NCBI GenBank assembly: GCA_963755715.1
Contig: CAVWLW010000020.1
Span: 1 to 35,579 of the forward strand
Source of the DNA: an uncultured delta proteobacterium
Lineage (GTDB): Bacteria; Desulfobacterota; Binatia; UBA9968
DNA: 35,579 nucleotides
Reading direction: 5' to 3'
The translations under genes were made by a program, and so were the position numbers. The notes beneath the pieces are model-generated. The model searched no databases, had not been told where the DNA came from, and worked only from the letters and a program-made list of their open reading frames with translations. Below are positions 16,467-28,343 of this stretch, in pieces (positions within the stretch are counted from its first letter, which is position 1; each line of letters starts with the position of its first letter).

Positions 16467-18416
16467 ATGCGTAGCTTGATTTCGATCGCCGATTTGACCA
16501 ACGAGGAAATCGAAGAGATTTTTTCTCTGGCGGACGAGGCGGAGCAATTGCGCGCCGCCAGACCGGCGAGCGGCCAGATCATGGCTACTCTTTTTTACGA
16601 ACCGAGCACGCGCACCCGTTTATCATTCGAGTCGGCAATGCAGCGCTTGGGCGGCTCGGTGATCAGTTGTTCGGACATGAAATCATCGTCGACGGCAAAA
16701 GGTGAAACGGTTGCGGACACCGCCAAAGTCGTTTCGAGCTACGCCGACGTTTTGGTGGTGCGGCATAATTGGGACGGCGCAGTGCAGGCGATGGCCGAGC
16801 ATGCCGACGTGCCGATCATCAATGCCGGCGACGGCGGCCACGAACATCCGACCCAAACACTGTGCGACCTTTACACCTTGCGCAAAGAGAAGGGCGAGCT
16901 CAAAGGGCTGACGGTGGTCGTTTGTGGCGATCTAAAAAATGGCCGGACGATTCACTCGCTGGTGTTCGCGCTGGCGCGTTTCGGCGCCCACGTCGTCACT
17001 TTGGCCGCGAGCGGCATGGAGTTACCGCAATATGTGATCGAGCGTCTGGAGCGCGAATACGGCTACGGCCTGGCGCCGGTCGCGTCGAACGACTTGAGCG
17101 CGGTGGTAAAGGAAACCGATGCATTGTATTTAACGCCCAAGCAGCCGCACCAGTTGGCGCTTTTCACGCAAGTTGACGAAGTCATTCAAGCGCGGCTGAA
17201 CACGATGGCGAGCGGATTGCGCTATGACGCCTTCTACATGACGCGGAAACAAAAGGAGCGCATGAAGGAAGGCACGAACGACGCCAGCTATCCGACGATC
17301 GGCGCGGCTTTTCTGCGCGAGCAGCGTTTTCAGGACACGGTGGTGATGCATCCGCTGCCGCGCGTCGACGAGCTGTCCCCCGAAGTCGATAAAGATCGGC
17401 GTGGAATATATTTCAAGCAGGCGGCTTACGGCGTGCCGGTACGCATGGCGCTGCTCAAGTTTCTCTTCGACCGGCGCCACGAGACGATGCCGCGGTCCAG
17501 GGGAGCGGCGATTTCATACGAAAGTCCCGAAGCGATTGGCCCGCAATGTCGCAATCCGAATTGCATCACGTCAAAAGAGCCGCTGTCCGCGCCGAAACGC
17601 TTCGAGCTTTTTGCCATCGGCGAGAGCGGCTCGGTGATCTTGGGTTGCAAGTACTGCGATCACCGCTTCAAGGTGCAATACGTTGGCAACGTCGCCGCGA
17701 AACGATACTGCTCCTACGATAACACGCTCACGAGCAATCTAAAGGAGTGGTTGAAGAAAGACGAGTTGGCGATCTTCGACTCGATCAAAGAAGCCGAGGA
17801 GCTGGGCTACGAGCCTTTCAAAAGCGGACCGCAACGAGTCTTGATGGGCGAAGCGGAAATCAAACAGGCGTTGGTCGAGATGAGCGGCCGCATACTGAGC
17901 GATTGCCGCGACGCCGATCGCTTGTTGATCTTGGGTGTGCGCAGCGTCGGATCACAATTGGCGCAACGGCTGGCGATGGAAATCACAAACCAGCGGCAAC
18001 GCAGACCGGAGCTCGGCGAGATCGACATCTACGGCAGCGAAGAGCTGCGCCGGTTAAATCCGGCCGATCCTGACGCCGGGCCACTCAACCTGAAAGACCG
18101 CGAAGTGATTCTTGTCGATGACGTTATTTACACCGGCCGGACGGTCCAGAGCGCGCTGAGCATTATCTTTCGCTCGGGCCGACCGCAGTCGGTGCGTCTC
18201 GCGGTGTTGATCGACCGCGGCCATCGCGAAGTGCCCATGCGGCCGAATTACGTCGCGAAAAATATTCCCAGCTCGGAAACAGACCGGGTGCGGGTCAAGT
18301 TGCGCGGGCTCGATCAGGAAGAGCGCGATCAAGTCGTGATGTATTCGCTCATCAGCCCGGTCGCCGGTTCGCAGCCATTTGCAGCAGCCGGCGATGAAAA
18401 ACCGGCGGCTAAGTAA
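16467..18416 (+). CDS. pyrB: Aspartate carbamoyltransferase catalytic chain fused to a PyrI zinc domain, an Ada-like small domain and a C-terminal PyrR/PRTase domain
   Basis: aa 1-335: [51 protein letters not shown]. aa 361-397: CRNPNCI...CKYC. aa 405-452: YVGN...[14 protein letters not shown]. aa 456-628: [27 protein letters not shown]. Confidence 0.92.
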   Translation: MRSLISIADLTNEEIEEIFSLADEAEQLRAARPASGQIMATLFYEPSTRTRLSFESAMQRLGGSVISCSDMKSSSTAKGETVADTAKVVSSYADVLVVRHNWDGAVQAMAEHADVPIINAGDGGHEHPTQTLCDLYTLRKEKGELKGLTVVVCGDLKNGRTIHSLVFALARFGAHVVTLAASGMELPQYVIERLEREYGYGLAPVASNDLSAVVKETDALYLTPKQPHQLALFTQVDEVIQARLNTMASGLRYDAFYMTRKQKERMKEGTNDASYPTIGAAFLREQRFQDTVVMHPLPRVDELSPEVDKDRRGIYFKQAAYGVPVRMALLKFLFDRRHETMPRSRGAAISYESPEAIGPQCRNPNCITSKEPLSAPKRFELFAIGESGSVILGCKYCDHRFKVQYVGNVAAKRYCSYDNTLTSNLKEWLKKDELAIFDSIKEAEELGYEPFKSGPQRVLMGEAEIKQALVEMSGRILSDCRDADRLLILGVRSVGSQLAQRLAMEITNQRQRRPELGEIDIYGSEELRRLNPADPDAGPLNLKDREVILVDDVIYTGRTVQSALSIIFRSGRPQSVRLAVLIDRGHREVPMRPNYVAKNIPSSETDRVRVKLRGLDQEERDQVVMYSLISPVAGSQPFAAAGDEKPAAK

Positions 18417-18420
18417 TTTC

Positions 18421-19587
18421 ATGAAAGCGATCCTAGCATTGGCGGACGGCCGAGTTTTCGAAGGCGAATCCTTCGGAGCTGAAGGCGAAGCCTTGGGTGA
18501 AGTCGTATTCAACACGAGCATGACCGGTTACCAGGAGATCCTCACCGATCCGTCCTACGAAGGCCAGCTCGTCGCCATGACCTATCCTGAGATCGGCAAC
18601 GTCGGAGTGAATCCCGAGGACGTAGAATCGCGCCAGCCGTTCATGAACGGCTTCATCGTCAAAGACTACACGCCGCAACCGAGCAACTGGCGCGCTGCCC
18701 AGCCGCTGCACGAATACATGAAAGCTAACGGCATCGTCGGCATCCAAGGCATAGATACGCGCTCACTCGTTCGCCATCTGCGCGATCAGGGGTCACAAGA
18801 AGGCGTGATTTCGACATTGACCGGCAACGCCGATGAGCTAGTCGCGAAAGCGAAAAATTCGCCGGGCTTGATCGGACTGGATTTAGTCCGCGAGGTATCT
18901 TGCAGCGAAGCGTACGACTGGCATCAGGGTATGTGGCAGCTCGAAGACGGCTACAAAGAGCGCGATGGCTCGAAGACCATGTCCAAGCCCAAAAGGAAGG
19001 GAACCTTTGGCGCGCCGGCATTTTTTGTCGTCGCCTACGACTACGGCATCAAATACAACATTCTGCGCAATCTCGCCGAGGCCGGCTGTCGAGTCAAAGT
19101 CGTCCCAGCAGCGACGCCGGCGGAAGATGTTTTGGCATTCAAGCCGGACGGAATTTTTCTCTCCAACGGGCCCGGCGATCCCGACGCCGTGCCCTACGCC
19201 AAAGAAAATGTACAAAAATTGATCGGCAAAAAACCGGTCTTCGGCATCTGTCTCGGCCATCAGATCATGGGCCTCGCGCTCGGCGGCAAAACTTACAAGC
19301 TCAAGTTCGGCCACCACGGCGGCAATCAGCCGGTGATGGATCTCACCACGCGCAAGGTCGAGATCACGTCGCAGAACCACGGCTTCGCAGTCGACGCCGA
19401 TTCGCTCAAAGGCGCGGCCGAAGTCACGCATCTGAACCTGAACGACAACACGGTCGAAGGCCTGGCGCATCGCGAGCTGCCGATCTTTTCGGTGCAATAT
19501 CATCCGGAATCTTCGCCTGGTCCGCATGACGCCGATTATCTGTTCAAGCGCTTTACCGATATGATGGCAAAATATCGAGGCAAATAA
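18421..19587 (+). CDS. carA: Carbamoyl-phosphate synthase small subunit
   Basis: [54 protein letters not shown]. Confidence 0.97.
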   Translation: MKAILALADGRVFEGESFGAEGEALGEVVFNTSMTGYQEILTDPSYEGQLVAMTYPEIGNVGVNPEDVESRQPFMNGFIVKDYTPQPSNWRAAQPLHEYMKANGIVGIQGIDTRSLVRHLRDQGSQEGVISTLTGNADELVAKAKNSPGLIGLDLVREVSCSEAYDWHQGMWQLEDGYKERDGSKTMSKPKRKGTFGAPAFFVVAYDYGIKYNILRNLAEAGCRVKVVPAATPAEDVLAFKPDGIFLSNGPGDPDAVPYAKENVQKLIGKKPVFGICLGHQIMGLALGGKTYKLKFGHHGGNQPVMDLTTRKVEITSQNHGFAVDADSLKGAAEVTHLNLNDNTVEGLAHRELPIFSVQYHPESSPGPHDADYLFKRFTDMMAKYRGK

Positions 19588-19593
19588 CGACCC

Positions 19594-22839
<3,246 letters not shown>

Positions 22840-22847
22840 CAGGCGTC

Positions 22848-25052
22848 ATGAAGCCGCCCGGCGCAGCTCCCGGCAGCCAAATTTCGGCAACAAAGGTCCA
22901 AGCCGGCGTCCATGTCCGTTTGCACGCCCTCGCCACGCCGATAAAAAATCTCAAAGGCGTCGGTCCTAAGCGCGCCGCCCAATTAGAATCGTTCGGCCTC
23001 AAAACAATCGGGGATCTGCTCCATCACCTGCCGTTCCGTTACGACGACCGCCGGGAAATAAAAAAAATCGCTCAGGCGGTGGCGGGCGAGGAAGCGAGCT
23101 TTGTCGGATGCCTGGTGGCCTTGCAAAAAAGATATGTGCCGCGGCTGCGGCGCCAGATGCTTTTGGCGACGCTTCGAGACGACAGCGCCAGCATCGATCT
23201 GATCTGGTATCGCGCGCCCGGCTTTCTCGCAGACCGCCTCGCGAACGGCCAAAATCTTTTGGTTCACGGCAAGGTCGAGCAGGGGATGCCCGGGCGGCTG
23301 CGCATCGCGCACCCGGATTTTGAGTTGATCGATGCGGGCGACGACGGGCAATTGCAACGGATTTTGCCGGTCTATGTTTGCCCGGCCGGCATTTCTTTGT
23401 CCTTGATGCGTCGCTGGGTGGCGCAAGCGTTGAGCGAATACGGCGACTCTATCGCGAACCATTTGCCCGCGGCAATCGCCGAGCGTCATGGCTTGCTCCC
23501 GGTCGACACCGCGCTGGCGCGCTTGCACGTGCCGCCGGCCGATGCGCCCATCGGTGCACTGAATGAGTTTTCTTCGCCGGCGCATCGCACGATTATTTTC
23601 GACGAGCTTTTTTATCTGCAACTCGGTCTGGCGCGGCGCAAAAGCGCGCGGCGTCATGAACGGGGCATCGGCTTTGTCGCGCGTGCCGCGGGGCTTTTGC
23701 CGCGCATGAAAAAAATATTGCCCTTTGAACTTACCGGGGCGCAACGGCGCGTGCTGGGCGAAATAGAGCAAGACATGGCCGGCGAGCAGCCGATGCAGCG
23801 TCTTATCCAGGGCGACGTGGGATCAGGAAAAACCATGGTGGCTTGGCTGGCGTCGCTGCAAGCGATCGACAACGGTTACCAGGCGCTTTGGATGGCGCCG
23901 ACGGAAATCTTGGCCGAGCAGCATTACCGCAACCTGAAAGAATTCGCCGACGATTTGAGAATCCCCTCCGCGCTGCTCACCGCGGCTACTCCGGCCAAGG
24001 AAAAGAGGGCCTTGCTTCAAGCGATCGAGCGCGCCGACGTAGCTTTCGTCGTCGGCACCCACGCCTTGATCCAGCAAGAAGTGCACGCGCCACGCATGGG
24101 CTTGGGTGTGATCGACGAGCAGCATCGTTTCGGCGTGATGCAGCGGCTTTCGCTGCGACGTTTGGTCAACGGAGCCGCGCGCGAAGCCGCTGCAACGCGG
24201 GAACCGCATATGCTGCTGATGAGCGCGACGCCGATCCCGCGCAGTCTCGCGATGGTGCTTTATGGCGACATGGAAGTTTCGTTCATTGACGAAATGCCGC
24301 CGGGAAGAACGCCGGTACAAACCAAAGTTTTTGCCGAGCGCGAGCGCCGGCAAGTTTATTCGATCGTTCTCGACGAATTGAAACGGGGCCATCAGGCTTT
24401 CGTCGTGTTGCCCCTGGTGGAAGCTTCGGAACAACTCGAGCAAGTGCACGACGCCACCCAGATGGCGGAAAAAATGCGCCAGACCTTGTTCAAAGACTTC
24501 GGCATTGGGCTCGTGCACGGCCGTTTGAAGACAGAGGAGCGCGATGGCATCATGCGCTCTTTTCGTGACGGCAAACTCGGCCTTTTGGTCGCGACCACCG
24601 TGATTGAGGTCGGCATCGATATCCCCAACGCCACCGTGATGGTGGTCGAGCACGCCGAGCGTTTCGGACTATCGCAATTGCATCAACTGCGCGGCCGGGT
24701 CGGGCGCGGTACGGCGCCGGGTCATTGCCTGCTGGTCAATCGCGGCACAGGAGGTGCGCTTGCGGCAGAGCGCTTGCGCGTAATGGCGCGCGAACGCAAC
24801 GGCTTCAAGATTGCCGAAGCCGATCTGCGCTTGCGCGGTCCGGGAGAAATGCTTGGCACGCGCCAGTCCGGCCTCGCCGACTTTCACTTTGCCAATTTAG
24901 CGCGCGACGGCCAACTGTTGGCCGAGGCGCGCAAGGAAGCGCTTGCGTGGTTGGCAAAAGATCCTGAGCTAAATAGTAAAGCATCGTCCGGTATGAAACA
25001 GATTCTGCGCCACCGTTGGGGGACGACGCTACAGTTGGGTCGGGTCGGATGA
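22848..25052 (+). CDS. recG: ATP-dependent DNA helicase RecG
   Basis: LKGVGPKRA, RLIQGDVGSGKT, MAPTEILAEQH, IDEQHRFGV, MSATPIPRSL, LSQLHQLRGRVGRG, DLRLRGPGEMLGTRQSG. Confidence 0.96.
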   Translation: MKPPGAAPGSQISATKVQAGVHVRLHALATPIKNLKGVGPKRAAQLESFGLKTIGDLLHHLPFRYDDRREIKKIAQAVAGEEASFVGCLVALQKRYVPRLRRQMLLATLRDDSASIDLIWYRAPGFLADRLANGQNLLVHGKVEQGMPGRLRIAHPDFELIDAGDDGQLQRILPVYVCPAGISLSLMRRWVAQALSEYGDSIANHLPAAIAERHGLLPVDTALARLHVPPADAPIGALNEFSSPAHRTIIFDELFYLQLGLARRKSARRHERGIGFVARAAGLLPRMKKILPFELTGAQRRVLGEIEQDMAGEQPMQRLIQGDVGSGKTMVAWLASLQAIDNGYQALWMAPTEILAEQHYRNLKEFADDLRIPSALLTAATPAKEKRALLQAIERADVAFVVGTHALIQQEVHAPRMGLGVIDEQHRFGVMQRLSLRRLVNGAAREAAATREPHMLLMSATPIPRSLAMVLYGDMEVSFIDEMPPGRTPVQTKVFAERERRQVYSIVLDELKRGHQAFVVLPLVEASEQLEQVHDATQMAEKMRQTLFKDFGIGLVHGRLKTEERDGIMRSFRDGKLGLLVATTVIEVGIDIPNATVMVVEHAERFGLSQLHQLRGRVGRGTAPGHCLLVNRGTGGALAAERLRVMARERNGFKIAEADLRLRGPGEMLGTRQSGLADFHFANLARDGQLLAEARKEALAWLAKDPELNSKASSGMKQILRHRWGTTLQLGRVG

Positions 25053-25104
25053 ATAGGCCGTCATCTTGGGCGGCACAAAAAGCCGGTAGCTCGATCATGC
25101 AAAA

Positions 25105-25129
25105 ACTCGACAGGGCAACCCTGTCGAGT
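25105..25129. repeat. Perfect 11-bp inverted repeat (hairpin, terminator or operator)
   Basis: ACTCGACAGGG-CAA-CCCTGTCGAGT, preceded by an A-run (a T-tract on the minus strand). Confidence 0.6.
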
Positions 25130-25205
25130 CGTCCGACACGCCTTTTCAGGAAACCCATGGCCGTTATTCGGCATGTCCTCGGGTCGCGGGTCGATGGCGA
25201 TTTTG

Positions 25206-25234
25206 TTGACAACCGCGGGAGCCCAGTCTACCTT
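25206..25234 (+). promoter_or_regulatory. Putative sigma70 promoter for merR-mutS
   Basis: TTGACA, 17-nt spacer, TACCTT. Confidence 0.55.
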
Positions 25235-25274
25235 CATAAAAACAGCCTTGTTTTCATTTGATCGCGAACCTGGG

Positions 25275-25757
25275 ATGGAGACGTACGACAGCAAGACCGC
25301 AAGCCGGATTGTCGGCGTGAGCCTGCGCCAATTGCAATATTGGGACGAGCAGGATTTTATCCGGCCGTCAATCAAGCTCGCCGAAGGACGCGGCACCCGA
25401 CGTCTGTACTCTTTCAATGATCTGATTTGCCTGAAAGTCGTCAAGCATTTGACCCGCCACGGTTTTAGTTTGCAAAAAATCCGCCGCTGCGTGGCGCCGC
25501 TGAAGAAAAACTTTATGCAAACCGAGCGGCCAGCGGAGTCGCTCAGGTATTTGACGGACGGAGAAGATCTGTTTGTCATCACTAGCGACCGGCAAAAGAT
25601 TCTCAAAGCGATGGAGCGGCAATTCGTGTTGTCTTTGGGCATCGGCAACTTAGTGCGCGAATTGGATTGGCAAACACGCCGCGCCGGGTCAGCTCTGAGC
25701 CGCAAGGCAGGAAAAAAAGCGCGTCAGCTTGAAGGACCGCGCGCCGGCTCGACCTAG
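25275..25757 (+). CDS. MerR-family transcriptional regulator (resembles the mycobacterial Rv1830/McdR type)
   Basis: SRIVGVSLRQLQYWD..FIRPSIK.A.GRGTRRLYSFNDLICLKVVK.L...G.SLQKIR winged HTH; C-terminal YLTDGEDLF...QFVLSL. Confidence 0.85.
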   Translation: METYDSKTASRIVGVSLRQLQYWDEQDFIRPSIKLAEGRGTRRLYSFNDLICLKVVKHLTRHGFSLQKIRRCVAPLKKNFMQTERPAESLRYLTDGEDLFVITSDRQKILKAMERQFVLSLGIGNLVRELDWQTRRAGSALSRKAGKKARQLEGPRAGST

Positions 25758-25763
25758 ACATTT

Positions 25764-28343
25764 ATGGAAACCGCCAAAGTCACGCCGATGATGCGCCAGT
25801 ATCTGCAAATCAAAGAGCGCCACCGCGACGCCATCTTGTTCTTCCGTCTCGGTGATTTTTACGAAATGTTTTTCGAAGATGCCCACACTGCGTCGAAGAT
25901 TCTCGATATCGCGTTGACTTCCCGCAACAAAACCGAAGACGGTTCGGTTCCCCTGTGCGGCGTGCCGTACCATGCCGCCGATCCGTATATTCAAAAGCTC
26001 CTCGATGCGGGCCACAAAGTCGCCGTTTGCGAGCAGGTCGAAGACCCGGCGACGGCCAAGGGCGTGGTCAAACGCGAAGTCGTGCGGGTAATCACCCCGG
26101 GAACCGTTACCGCTGCAGAGGCGCTCGATGCGCGCGGCAATAATTTTTTGGCGGCGGTGTGCAAGGGATCGAACGGCCTCGGCTTGGCTTTGACCGATAT
26201 CACTACCGGCGAATTTCGTTTCACCGAAATCGCCGACGATGCGGCACTCTTCGACGAGCTCGGGCGCATCCATCCGAGCGAGTTGTTGCTGGCGAGCCGC
26301 GACGGTCGGCTGCGCGAACGTCTCTATAAAGAATATCCGCTCATTCATTTCAGCATGATCGGGGACGAGCTGTTTGACGACGACGCGCGGAGCCGAATTA
26401 GGGCTGACGCCGATGTCGATGCGCAAGCCAGCGTCGAAGGCGTGCGCGCCGCATCAGCGATCCTCGGCTACCTGGAGGCGAACGCGCCGGAGTCGCTCAA
26501 GTTGATCGGCGCTCTCGAACCTTATCGCCTGTCCAGTTATCTTGTCCTGGATGAAACCACTCGAGCGAATCTCGAGCTCACCGCCAACTATCAAGGAGAC
26601 CGGCGCGGCTCGCTGTTGTCCATCCTCGATTGCACGTCGACTTCACTCGGCGCGCGCCGGCTACGGCGTTGGCTCTTGTATCCCTTGCTCGATCCGAAAG
26701 AGATCGGCGCGCGTCATGACGGCGTGCAAGACTTGGTGGATCGCTTTGCGCTTCGTCAAGAGTTGAAAGTCGGTCTGCGAAAAATCCAGGACCTGGAACG
26801 ATTGGCGGGACGAGTCGTTTCGGGCAGCGCTTCACCCAAAGACCTGATTGCCATCAGAGAAACCTTACATGCCGTCAGCGCGCTTCGCTCCCAGCTCGAT
26901 GCCATCGAGGCGCCTATTCTTACGGCGCTGCGCGACGACTTGGCCGATCTTCCTGCGGTCGTCGATCTGATCGAACGCGCCATCGTCGATGATCCGCCTT
27001 TCTCGATCAAAGACGGTGGCTTCATCCGCGCCGGTTTCGATGCCGAGCTCGATGAGATCCGCGCCATTCGCACCGACGCCAAGGAATGGATTCGACAATT
27101 TGAAGCGAGCGAGAAACAACGCACCGGGATCCATTCGCTGAAGGTGCGCTACAACCGCGTCTTCGGCTACTACATCGAAGTGACCAACTCCCAGCTGAGG
27201 TCGGTGCCCAGCGATTACCTGCGCAAACAAACGCTGTCCAATGGCGAGCGCTACATAACGCCGGAGCTGAAAGAGTACGAAGCCAAGGTGCTCAACTCGG
27301 AAAGTTTGATGGAAAAGCTCGAGACCGCGCTACTCACGCAGGTGCGAGAGGAAGTCGCGAGTCATTATCCGGCCTTGAAAACCGTCAGCGACGCCGTGGC
27401 GGTGCTGGATGTTTTGGTTTCGTTGGCCGAAGTGGCCGAGGCGAACCATTTCACTCGGCCGCTGATCAACACGAGCGCGCGCTTATCGATCCGCGAAGGG
27501 CGCCATCCCGTGGTGGAATCGGTGGTCGGCCGCGGCGCGTTTGTGCCCAATGATTGTCTGATCGATCCCGACTCGCAACAAATCATCCTTCTCACCGGGC
27601 CCAATATGGCGGGCAAATCGACCTACATGCGCCAGGTGGCGCTGAGCGTGATTCTCGCGCAGATGGGCAGTTTTGTCCCCTGTGCCGAGGCGTGTATCGG
27701 TGTCGTCGATCGTATTTTTACACGCATCGGCGCCGCGGACTCGTTGAGCCGCGGCGAATCGACGTTCATGGTCGAGATGAAAGAGACTGCGAATATTCTC
27801 CGTCACGCAACCGCCCGCAGCCTGATTTTGCTCGATGAAGTGGGACGCGGCACCAGCACTTTCGACGGGATTTCGATTGCCTGGGCCGTCGCCGAATCGT
27901 TGCACGACGTCGATTGCCGGCCGCGCACGCTTTTTGCCACCCACTACCATGAGCTCACCGACTTGGCGCAAACCAAAGAGCGGATCAAAAACTATAATTT
28001 CGCTGTCAAAGAATGGCGTGGCGAAATTATTTTTCTACGCAACCTCATCGAAGGCGCGGCGAGCCACAGTTACGGCATTCACGTGGCGCGCCTGGCGGGC
28101 ATGCCTCCGGACATCATCGAACGCGCCAAGGAAATCCTGGCTCGCTTGGAAGGCGCCCGCGACGGTCATCAAAACGTGGAACCGGGCAACCGATCCGCGA
28201 GCACTGCACCGGCGCAGATGGGTCTCTTCAACTCCACCGACGACCGATTAGGCGATCGTCTGCGCGATTTAAATCTCTCGACGATGACCCCCCTCGAAGC
28301 GATGAACGTTCTCCATCAGTTGATCGAAGAGGTCAAAAAATGA
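25764..28343 (+). CDS. mutS: DNA mismatch repair protein MutS
   Basis: TPMMRQY, FRLGDFYEMF, GRHPVVE, TGPNMAGKSTYMRQ, GESTFMVEM, LDEVGRGTST, FATHYHEL, SYGIHVA. Confidence 0.98.
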   Translation: METAKVTPMMRQYLQIKERHRDAILFFRLGDFYEMFFEDAHTASKILDIALTSRNKTEDGSVPLCGVPYHAADPYIQKLLDAGHKVAVCEQVEDPATAKGVVKREVVRVITPGTVTAAEALDARGNNFLAAVCKGSNGLGLALTDITTGEFRFTEIADDAALFDELGRIHPSELLLASRDGRLRERLYKEYPLIHFSMIGDELFDDDARSRIRADADVDAQASVEGVRAASAILGYLEANAPESLKLIGALEPYRLSSYLVLDETTRANLELTANYQGDRRGSLLSILDCTSTSLGARRLRRWLLYPLLDPKEIGARHDGVQDLVDRFALRQELKVGLRKIQDLERLAGRVVSGSASPKDLIAIRETLHAVSALRSQLDAIEAPILTALRDDLADLPAVVDLIERAIVDDPPFSIKDGGFIRAGFDAELDEIRAIRTDAKEWIRQFEASEKQRTGIHSLKVRYNRVFGYYIEVTNSQLRSVPSDYLRKQTLSNGERYITPELKEYEAKVLNSESLMEKLETALLTQVREEVASHYPALKTVSDAVAVLDVLVSLAEVAEANHFTRPLINTSARLSIREGRHPVVESVVGRGAFVPNDCLIDPDSQQIILLTGPNMAGKSTYMRQVALSVILAQMGSFVPCAEACIGVVDRIFTRIGAADSLSRGESTFMVEMKETANILRHATARSLILLDEVGRGTSTFDGISIAWAVAESLHDVDCRPRTLFATHYHELTDLAQTKERIKNYNFAVKEWRGEIIFLRNLIEGAASHSYGIHVARLAGMPPDIIERAKEILARLEGARDGHQNVEPGNRSASTAPAQMGLFNSTDDRLGDRLRDLNLSTMTPLEAMNVLHQLIEEVKK

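Noticed and set aside
18955-19020. Basic insertion in CarA ([16 protein letters not shown])
   Set aside because: It lies in the naturally variable linker between the CarA domains; no evidence of a special function.
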